From the NCBI GenBank assembly GCA_910587485.1, contig CAJUKN010000014.1:27432-91431 (forward strand): a DNA stretch of 64,000 bases, in the 5' to 3' direction. This DNA comes from an uncultured Lachnospira sp. Its GTDB lineage: Bacteria; Bacillota; Clostridia; Lachnospirales; Lachnospiraceae. Shown here one piece after another: positions 48,316 through 56,847 of the stretch (its first letter is position 1; every line of letters begins with the position of its first letter). A program made the position numbers and the translations under genes. The notes under the pieces were generated by a model. That model was not told where the DNA came from and did not search any database. It saw only the letters and a program-made list of their open reading frames with translations.

Positions 48316-49551
48316 ATGGAAGAAAAGCAAGTGAATAATGAAAATGAAGACTTCCCTTTGTATACCGAAAAGATAGTTGTAAATCCTAAGAAAAAATATA
48401 AGAGGTTGATTAATATCTTATGGGTAATCTTATGTGCAGTAATATTTGGGATTTTGGCAAGTTTTGTTATGGTTATCGTATTTCCTATGATTAATAAAAG
48501 ATTTAATGAAGTTCCAAAAACACCCATTCATCTTGAATTGAATAAAGATGAGTATATCATAAGAGATGATTTTGAAGAAAGTGAAAATGACCTCAATATT
48601 GGACAAGCAAAGCCACAGGGAGTCACAGAAATAAAAAATATAGAGGAAATTGTTGAAAATGCACTAAAGTCTATGGTTGTTATTGAATATGAAACACAAT
48701 TAATACAAAATGAAGAAAATGAAAATAATCAAAGTGTGGGTTTGATTGTGGGAGATGTCAATGATGATATTATTATTTTGACAAGTAATCATGTTACATC
48801 AAAAGGTACATGTAATGTTATTATAGGAGATTCTATCAATTTGGCAGCAAATATTTTAGGAAGTGACAACGATAGTGGATTATCTATTGTATCTATAAGT
48901 AAAAGGAATATTTCAGATATTGATAAGATAGACTATAATGTAGCTGTGTTGGGCAATTCATATATGCTACAAGAAAATGATAAAGTAGTGGCTGTTGGAA
49001 AGCTTGGAGGAAATATTGTCAGTGCCAATGTTGGAAAGATTATATCATTGGATACAGAAAGTGTTGTTGATAATGTGTATGATATATTAAATACCAATAT
49101 TAATATAGATTCGCAGGATTATTGTTTTTTGTATAATAATATTGGAAATGTTGTAGGGATTAGTAGAAATAATCCAATACAAGACCAATTATCTGTTATG
49201 GGAGTGTCAAATTTAAAGGCATTGATTGAGCAGCTTACGGAGAATAAACCAATCAATTATCTGGGAATAAGAATGTCTAATGTAACGCCATCTATATCTG
49301 AAAAATATAATCTGCCTATGGGTATATATATAACAAGTGTTGTTATAGATTCACCTGCCTATAATGCAGGATTGCAGGCAGGAGATGTGATAGTAGAGTT
49401 AAACCATAATCCAGTTTTAGCAATTCAGTCATTTAATGAGCAGTTATACAAATATGATTCAGGTCAGAATATTAGTGTTACAGTAAAGAGAGCAGGACGA
49501 GATAATTATAGAGAATTATTATATGTTATCAATCCATCTGTTAGAAATTAG
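48316..49551 (+). CDS. HtrA-like trypsin-fold/PDZ membrane protein, catalytically degenerate
   Basis: TM, ILTSNHV, PDZ YLGI...SPAYNAGLQAGDVI; no GNSGG motif. Confidence 0.85.
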   Translation: MEEKQVNNENEDFPLYTEKIVVNPKKKYKRLINILWVILCAVIFGILASFVMVIVFPMINKRFNEVPKTPIHLELNKDEYIIRDDFEESENDLNIGQAKPQGVTEIKNIEEIVENALKSMVVIEYETQLIQNEENENNQSVGLIVGDVNDDIIILTSNHVTSKGTCNVIIGDSINLAANILGSDNDSGLSIVSISKRNISDIDKIDYNVAVLGNSYMLQENDKVVAVGKLGGNIVSANVGKIISLDTESVVDNVYDILNTNINIDSQDYCFLYNNIGNVVGISRNNPIQDQLSVMGVSNLKALIEQLTENKPINYLGIRMSNVTPSISEKYNLPMGIYITSVVIDSPAYNAGLQAGDVIVELNHNPVLAIQSFNEQLYKYDSGQNISVTVKRAGRDNYRELLYVINPSVRN

Positions 49552-49904
49552 AAAAAATGCTAATAAGTTAAGTGTTATATTAAAGACACTTTTCATTTGA
49601 CTTACATATTAACAAATATTGTGAGGGGCAAATACTTTATCAACTTGCTATGAAAGAAATATAAATTATTTATAAATAAACTTTTTTTAAAATAAATATT
49701 CTCGTTAATTGGCTGTGGGCATTTATTTTTATAGATTCTTAAAATTTTTTATTTTGTACATATAGCTTGTTTTGTTATATAATGTAATGGAATATAACAA
49801 ATCTTGTTTGTTTACAAGAAAGTTATTGGTTATATAATTAGACACAATTATAAAAATATATTGTGTATTAATATGATTATTATAGTTTTTGAAAGGAATA
49901 GAAA

Positions 49905-50846
49905 ATGAGATATATTGAGAGTTTAAAAGAGGGAGAACGGATATCTGAAGTATATATATGCAGGTCAAAATCCATTCTTATGACAAAGGCAGGAAAAGAA
50001 TATGCAAGTATTATTCTTGCAGACAAAACAGGTCAGTTAGATGGAAAGATATGGGACTTAAATTCTGGTGGAATTGATGATTTTGAAGCGTTGGACTATG
50101 TTCATGCCACTGGTTTAATTACGCTTTATAATGGCTCCTTCCAATTTAAGATAGAACGAATACGCGTTGCGCAAGAGTCTGAATATGTGGCATCGGATTA
50201 CATACCATGTTCAAGATTTGATATAGAGGAAATGTATACACAATTTTTATCTTTTTCTAAAACAATAGAAAATAAATATATTAAAAAATTATTGGATGCA
50301 TTTTTTATTGAAGATACTGAATTTATACAAAAATTCAAATCTATGTCTGCTGGTAAATCGGTTCATCATGGCTTTTATGGCGGTTTATTGGAACATAGTT
50401 TAAGCGTTACAAAATTATGCAGCAGCTTTGCTGGTAATTATCCATTTTTAAATAGAGATTTGTTAGTTTCCTGCGCAATGCTGCATGATTGTGGCAAAGT
50501 TCGAGAACTATCATCATTTCCTAAAAATGATTATACAGATGAGGGGAATTTTTTAGGACATATCGTTATGGGATATGAAATGATAGTTGATAAAATAAAG
50601 AACATACCCGATTTTCCAGAAGTGTTAAAGTCTGAAATAGGTCATTGTATTTTAGCACATCATAGAATGTTGGAGTATGGTTCACCTAAAAAACCTGCCA
50701 TAGCAGAAGCGTTGGCATTAGCGTATGCCGATGACTGCGATGCAAAGATGGAAATATTTAGAGAGGCTTGTGAAGAAAAAAATACAAATGATTGGTTAGG
50801 CTATAATAAATGGATTGATTCTAATATAAAGAAAACAATAGTTTAA
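49905..50846 (+). CDS. yhaM: 3'-5' exoribonuclease YhaM/Cbf (OB fold + HD)
   Basis: DKTG, HHGFYGGLLEH, LHDCGK, GHI, AHH. Confidence 0.9.
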   Translation: MRYIESLKEGERISEVYICRSKSILMTKAGKEYASIILADKTGQLDGKIWDLNSGGIDDFEALDYVHATGLITLYNGSFQFKIERIRVAQESEYVASDYIPCSRFDIEEMYTQFLSFSKTIENKYIKKLLDAFFIEDTEFIQKFKSMSAGKSVHHGFYGGLLEHSLSVTKLCSSFAGNYPFLNRDLLVSCAMLHDCGKVRELSSFPKNDYTDEGNFLGHIVMGYEMIVDKIKNIPDFPEVLKSEIGHCILAHHRMLEYGSPKKPAIAEALALAYADDCDAKMEIFREACEEKNTNDWLGYNKWIDSNIKKTIV

Positions 50847-50983
50847 TCGCATCAGGGAAGTTTCCAGTTTTTTAATCTCATCAAGAAAGTCCCCAACTTC
50901 AACGCCGCAGAGGCATAAGTGGGGGACTTGTGTTGTGATAATAGTTATGAGCAAGCAGCAAAGCAGATGGGAATCTGGTTGAC
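50843..50983 (+). repeat. Family B repeat with duplicated 5' end
   Basis: TAATCGCATCAGGGAAGT...TAATCTCATCAAGAAAGTCCCCAACTTC...AAGTGGGGGACTTG...GTTATGAGCAAGCAGCAAAGCAGAT...TTGAC. Confidence 0.75.
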
Positions 50984-51345
50984 CTTAAATAAGTAAGAAT
51001 TTTGCTATTTCTACAGGCGTCAAGAGGAATTGCAACGTATTTCTTGAATCTTATTAGTAAAGAGAGCTATTAAAAGAAGATGAATGAATTATAAATGTCT
51101 TGTTGAATAGAGTAATATATTAATCTCATCAAAAAAGAGTTTGAAAAAAAGTTAATAAATAAATTGTAGATATTTTATTAAATATAATCTATTTTAAGAG
51201 TAGTGTTAGAAGAGTATTAAGAAAAAATTGAATAAAAAAGTGAATAAATATAAAAAAAGGGTTGGGCAGTGTTAGAACAGTATTAAGAAAAAATTGTTTG
51301 CAAAAATATTTGAGACAAAGAAGCAGGAAGTTAAAGGAGTATGTA

Positions 51346-53013
51346 ATGAAAAATGATATTGTTACACTAACAATAGATGATATTGGAACAAATGGAGAGG
51401 GAATTGGCAAGGCTGATGGATATACCTTATTTGTAAAGGATGTAGTCGTTGGCGATATTATTAAAGCAAAAATTATAAAAGAGAAGAAAAATTATGGCTA
51501 TGGTAAGCTTCTTGCTATTATTAAAGAATCAAAAAATCGAGTGATTTCAAAATGTACTGTTGCAAAACAGTGTGGTGGTTGTCAAATTCAGCACATGAAT
51601 TATCAATCGCAGCTTCAATATAAACAAAATCTTGTCAAAGGAAATCTTGAAAAAATCGGCGGCTTAAAGGATATAGAAGTCTTACCTGTTATCGGAATGG
51701 ATACACCATATCATTATAGAAATAAGGCACAATATCCTGTAGGAATAGACAAAGAAGGAAAGGTTGTCATAGGATTCTATGCGAAAAGAACACATTGCAT
51801 TATTGACAATACCGATTGTAAAATCGGTTCTCCAACCAATCAAACTATTCTTGAAATCATTCGCAAATATATAATCGAGCAAAATATTAGCATATATGAC
51901 GAGGAAAGCCATCAAGGTATTCTTCGTCATATTCTTATAAGAAATGGATACCATACTGGTGAAATTATGGTGTGTCTTGTTATTAATGGAACAAAGCTTC
52001 CTTATTGTGAAAAACTTATACAAGAACTTGTGAGTATTTCTGGAATGACCTCCATTATGTTAAATATTAATAAAGATAAAACGAATGTCATTCTTGGAAA
52101 GGAATGTAAAACATTATGGGGACAAGCATATATTACAGACAGCATATGTGATATAACCTATGAAATATCACCACTATCTTTTTTTCAAATTAATCCTATA
52201 CAAACTGAAAAATTATATAAAAAAGTGCTAGAATTTGCCCAATTAACTGGGAAAGAAACAGTTTGGGATTTATATTGTGGAATTGGAACTATATCATTGC
52301 TTATGGCAACAAATGCAAAAAAGGTATATGGAGTAGAAGTGGTATCTGAAGCGATTGAAGATGCTAGAAACAATGCAAAGAGAAATAATTTTAATAATGT
52401 GGAATTTTTTGTTGGCAAAGCAGAGGTCGTTGTTCCTCAATTTTATGAAGAGGTTAGCAGAAAAGTGATGGATGGCAATGAAGAAGCCATGCAAAGCTTG
52501 AATCCAGATGTAGTGGTGGTTGACCCACCAAGAAAGGGCTGTGAGGATATCTTATTAGATGTGATTGTCAAGATGTCACCAAAAAAAATTGTGTATGTAA
52601 GCTGTGATTCGGCAACACTTGCAAGGGATTTGAAGTATTTGGTAAGTAGAGGGTATGAGGTGATGAGGGTGCAGCCAGTAGACCAGTTCTGTCATACGGT
52701 GCATGTGGAGACGGTGTGTTTATTGTCCAAACTTAATGTCGAGCATTATATTGAGGTGGAATTGAGTTTGGATGAGATGGATTTGACGGCTGCGGAGAGC
52801 AAGGCGACCTATGAGGAAATTAAGGCGTATGTGAAAGAGAAGACGGGTCTGCAAGTCAGCAATCTCTATATTGCACAGGTGAAGCGGAAGTGTGGGATTG
52901 TGGAAAGAGTAAATTATAATCTGCCGAAGTCTGAAGATTCCAGACAGCCGAAATGCCCACCAGAAAAAGAGAAGGCTATCATAGAGGCATTAAGACATTT
53001 TTGGATGATATAG
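51346..53013 (+). CDS. rlmD: 23S rRNA (uracil-C5)-methyltransferase RlmD/RumA with C-terminal extension
   Basis: TRAM domain, CGGCQ, DLYCGIG, DPPRKG, YVSC, HVETV; ~90 extra residues after HVETVCLL. Confidence 0.95.
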   Translation: MKNDIVTLTIDDIGTNGEGIGKADGYTLFVKDVVVGDIIKAKIIKEKKNYGYGKLLAIIKESKNRVISKCTVAKQCGGCQIQHMNYQSQLQYKQNLVKGNLEKIGGLKDIEVLPVIGMDTPYHYRNKAQYPVGIDKEGKVVIGFYAKRTHCIIDNTDCKIGSPTNQTILEIIRKYIIEQNISIYDEESHQGILRHILIRNGYHTGEIMVCLVINGTKLPYCEKLIQELVSISGMTSIMLNINKDKTNVILGKECKTLWGQAYITDSICDITYEISPLSFFQINPIQTEKLYKKVLEFAQLTGKETVWDLYCGIGTISLLMATNAKKVYGVEVVSEAIEDARNNAKRNNFNNVEFFVGKAEVVVPQFYEEVSRKVMDGNEEAMQSLNPDVVVVDPPRKGCEDILLDVIVKMSPKKIVYVSCDSATLARDLKYLVSRGYEVMRVQPVDQFCHTVHVETVCLLSKLNVEHYIEVELSLDEMDLTAAESKATYEEIKAYVKEKTGLQVSNLYIAQVKRKCGIVERVNYNLPKSEDSRQPKCPPEKEKAIIEALRHFWMI

Positions 53014-53154
53014 GATTTCCTTAAATGTCATAATTGCATATCTGAAATTACTAAAGAAGTAATGGATGAGAGCGTGCATTAAAACAATAATTTGATATAG
53101 TAAATCTTTCAGAAGTAATATTGGTTAAGGTCATTATTTAGGAGTAAACGAAAG

Positions 53155-56100
53155 ATGGATTTTATGGGTAATATGTTTGAAAATGAAAAAACGAAAGATG
53201 ATATTTCAAAGATTGTCAATAAGATATCAAATTATGATATTTTTGATTTCATTGCGAGAATATCGGGTTTAAATTTGATGTCTGAAAATCAAAACAAATC
53301 AGTCTTGCTTGATACGTTAATCCAATATGTGTTGGCAAAAGAAGAGTCCGACTATGTTTCAAAAAGCAAGATAAGTGCAGGAAAATTTAAATCCATAATA
53401 AATGAATTAAATTCAACAAATTTAAGCCTATCTATAGATCCTTGCGAGAATGTATTTATTCAAAATGTAATGATGGGTTCAAACTATAGGGTTTTTAATG
53501 GAATAGATTTAACTCCTGCGCATAATTTGCAGGCTCTTATAAGAGTATTGTTTCAGTATCAGAATACGTTCCATGAAGAATATTTAAGAAAAGTATATAG
53601 ACTTTTTTCGTTAATATTGGGAATATCCGAGGAAATAGTTAGAAGTTTAAATATTGATTTGCATAATGTAAAATATGATGAACAAAGAATGGTGATTTTG
53701 CCGTCAAGTGAAGTTATAAATTGTTTTGCTGAAAAAATAGTATATCCTTTAGATAAAGTAAAAGGATACATAGCTGAATATTTTGAAATAGAGGAAATTG
53801 TTACTGGGTTTGGAGTAAATGACACAGGTGATTTAGATAATAGACCTTTTTACCAAAAGCCATTTCTTATTAATCCGAAAGATAATACAATAATTATTCT
53901 TAATGTGTCTTTATTACCTGCTTTTGCATTTTATAAGGCTATAGAATGGGCAGAAGAATATAATTTAAAAAAAGATGTAATAAATAGGTATAATGACTAT
54001 TTATGGTTAGAATCAAAAAGAACATTGGATAAACTAGGACACAAAAAGATAAAAGAAAGAACTTTAGGATTGGAATGCATATCACTTGATTACTATAAAG
54101 AAATGATTGCTACGATATACAATAATCAGTTAATGATTGTAATTTTTTTATGTGATGATGGATTTCAGTATCCGGAAAAAGGTATACATGTTTATTATCC
54201 AGATGAGCGCCATAACAATATATTTCAGGAGAGAATAAATTATTTTGGTGAAAAGATTAAAGAGTCAGGAACGCCTAATGAGGACTGGTATGTATTGATT
54301 ATTACGAATAGCTTTGGTCGTATAATAGGATTTGGAGTAGAACACATGCCATTCTGCTATAAACCAATTCGTTTAAATCCATTCGAGTTACATTGTATTA
54401 GTATTAAGGAACGTAATGTTGCAAATTTTTTTCCCCGATATATTCGGGCTAAAAGTCAGATAAATACGATGATGTCAGATGTATTTTCTGAATTAAATTC
54501 GGTATGTATTTATACAAGTAATAATTATACTTTTTATATGTCGGATGATGTAAGCATGGATGAAATGAATATATATATAGCTCCAGGCGATTCTGTTGAA
54601 TATATTTCAGAGGCATTGAAAGAGGAAAATAGAATTTTAATAGATTCATATATTGATGGTGAAAAAGCTGAAGTTATATATACAGATAAATTAAGAAGTA
54701 TTTATGTTGAAGATGATTTGTTTCTCGAAAAACAGGTTGCTTATTGTGTGGCTTTTGACAATGTGAAAATATGGATTACTACGGATGAAATTCAGAGCTT
54801 TGAAGAGATAAATGTCTATTTTTCATTAGTAGATGCAATCTCATATTGGCTGGCAGAATGTAAACAAATTATTGAACTGTTCGATTTGTTCTATTATGTA
54901 TATGTTTTTAATATTTCATTAACAGGAAAGCCTAAAGAGTATTATTATGAAAGAAATATGGTCGTACCATATTCAGAATGCATAGGAACAGAAATAAATA
55001 AAAATCATATTTTTCTTAAGTGGACACCAGAAGCGTTCGGAAATTTAAATCAAACTACTAATATACAAGAAAAAGATCTGTGCATATTCTTATTTGAAAT
55101 ATTAAATGACTTGTCATATGAGCATTGTAATTACAAAGTGGTATTGGATGGAATATTTAGTGATCCATTGAAAAAGAAATTTTTTTCGTTTGCGTATGAA
55201 AATAAACCATACTTAAAACCTGTAGAACTGGGTAATAATCGCAAAATACGTGAAGAGGATGAGGATTATTTAGCCGGAACAATTGGAAGAGAGCTTCTTC
55301 AAAGTGGTAATTGGGAAATAGGTATTGTTCCAGAAGAAAAACGAAATGAAGTTTCACATGCGGTCGTTGATTGGCTTTATAATAGGTTACAGACAAAAGT
55401 GGCGGAACTTTCGACGGATAATATAATTGAAATGATTTATTTTGATCTTGAAGAAACTTTATATAAACTCATCTTGTCTGAAAGAAGATTTTATATGGAT
55501 ATTGCGTGTTATCCAGAAAAAGAAAAAATGTATTTAGAAGAGTATAATAATTTAAACAGAACTTCGTTGGCATTAAAATTTCTTATCGAATACATAACAG
55601 CACAACCAGCTACTGGAAATAAACAACTGGGGGTAGGACAGTATGAGGAGTTACTTGCCATATGTTCTATGATAATTGAATGGGCTTATAAAGGAGATCT
55701 GTTGACATATGGTATTATAAGTACACCAATAGAGTTTCTTCGATCCAAAAGAATAGGTTTAAAAAAAGACGAATTTATTGATATGTATCAATATAGCGAT
55801 GTATATAGAAGAAGACAATTAAAATTTGATTCATCATATGTAACAAGAAAACATTATAGTGTAAATTTTAAGGATTATGCAGATGAATTGGAGATGGCAT
55901 ATTTTAAAGAATTTGGTTATAAGTATTCTGACTTTGTTAAGGTAATTGCTACGATGGTTGTATTGAATGAAAAAGAAATTATGTGTATTGAAGAATCTTG
56001 TATCACTTCAATGCTGATAGAGCTTAATGAAACATTATCTGAGGATGTTATAAAAAATGTTCTAAATGATATTACTTACAGACCTAGAGCTGATTATTTA

Positions 56101-56796
56101 AAATTACCCTCAAAATATAATGCTTGGGAAGCATATCCGTGGAGATTTAATAGAAGATATTCATTTAATAGAAGACCGGTATTGCAACGAGATAATAGTC
56201 TTATTTGGGGCAATCGTCAATTATACCATATGCTTGAATATGTGACAGATTTGATTCATTCAGGAAAGTTTACATCCGAAAGTCAGGAAATGGTAGAACT
56301 GATAGGCAAGATAAGTAAAAGTAGAGGAGCTGCATTTAATGAACTAATCGTTGATATTATTCAAGATATGAATGAGTTTACCATTTTTCCAAATGTCAAA
56401 AAAATAAATGGCAAGAAAATATCAAATTTACAAGGTAATACATTGGGAGATATTGATATTCTTATTATTGATAAAGTGACTGATAAAATAATTGCTGCAG
56501 AAGTCAAAGATTTTCATTTTTCTCGCAACCCATATGAAATTCAACAAGAATATCTTAAGATGTTCGTAGACAAGGATAAAATGAAGTGTTTTGCTACAAA
56601 GCATACGCGAAGGGTAGAGTGGTTAAAAGAGCATATTCAAGATGTAAAAATTCAATATGGATTGGATAATAGAGAATGGGATATCAAGGGTATTTTCATT
56701 GTGAGTAAACCGCTTATTAGCAATGTCATATATAAACAAAATATAAAATGTATTTCTAGGGCGGAGCTGTGCGCAGAAATAATTAGAAATATTTAA
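53155..56796 (+). CDS. 1213-aa uncharacterised protein with C-terminal PD-(D/E)xK nuclease-like domain
   Basis: SRGAAFNE...LGDIDILIIDK...IIAAEVKD; no other motif recognised. Confidence 0.7.
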   Translation: MDFMGNMFENEKTKDDISKIVNKISNYDIFDFIARISGLNLMSENQNKSVLLDTLIQYVLAKEESDYVSKSKISAGKFKSIINELNSTNLSLSIDPCENVFIQNVMMGSNYRVFNGIDLTPAHNLQALIRVLFQYQNTFHEEYLRKVYRLFSLILGISEEIVRSLNIDLHNVKYDEQRMVILPSSEVINCFAEKIVYPLDKVKGYIAEYFEIEEIVTGFGVNDTGDLDNRPFYQKPFLINPKDNTIIILNVSLLPAFAFYKAIEWAEEYNLKKDVINRYNDYLWLESKRTLDKLGHKKIKERTLGLECISLDYYKEMIATIYNNQLMIVIFLCDDGFQYPEKGIHVYYPDERHNNIFQERINYFGEKIKESGTPNEDWYVLIITNSFGRIIGFGVEHMPFCYKPIRLNPFELHCISIKERNVANFFPRYIRAKSQINTMMSDVFSELNSVCIYTSNNYTFYMSDDVSMDEMNIYIAPGDSVEYISEALKEENRILIDSYIDGEKAEVIYTDKLRSIYVEDDLFLEKQVAYCVAFDNVKIWITTDEIQSFEEINVYFSLVDAISYWLAECKQIIELFDLFYYVYVFNISLTGKPKEYYYERNMVVPYSECIGTEINKNHIFLKWTPEAFGNLNQTTNIQEKDLCIFLFEILNDLSYEHCNYKVVLDGIFSDPLKKKFFSFAYENKPYLKPVELGNNRKIREEDEDYLAGTIGRELLQSGNWEIGIVPEEKRNEVSHAVVDWLYNRLQTKVAELSTDNIIEMIYFDLEETLYKLILSERRFYMDIACYPEKEKMYLEEYNNLNRTSLALKFLIEYITAQPATGNKQLGVGQYEELLAICSMIIEWAYKGDLLTYGIISTPIEFLRSKRIGLKKDEFIDMYQYSDVYRRRQLKFDSSYVTRKHYSVNFKDYADELEMAYFKEFGYKYSDFVKVIATMVVLNEKEIMCIEESCITSMLIELNETLSEDVIKNVLNDITYRPRADYLKLPSKYNAWEAYPWRFNRRYSFNRRPVLQRDNSLIWGNRQLYHMLEYVTDLIHSGKFTSESQEMVELIGKISKSRGAAFNELIVDIIQDMNEFTIFPNVKKINGKKISNLQGNTLGDIDILIIDKVTDKIIAAEVKDFHFSRNPYEIQQEYLKMFVDKDKMKCFATKHTRRVEWLKEHIQDVKIQYGLDNREWDIKGIFIVSKPLISNVIYKQNIKCISRAELCAEIIRNI

Positions 56797-56847
56797 TTTG
56801 GAGAGAAGGTTGCAACATACGTTTCAGAAGATAAGGAGGCAGAATAG

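Noticed and set aside
51190..51300. Short repeats (AGTGTTAGAA-GAGTATTAAGAAAAAATTG twice) upstream of rlmD
   Set aside because: Two-copy AT-rich local duplication with no structure; probably slippage
56765..56782. Family A-like GTGCGCAGAAAT at end of 1213-aa ORF (similarly TTGCGCAAAAAACGCAGA at ~22027)
   Set aside because: Inside coding sequence, no upstream hairpin, no adjacent SD; likely chance
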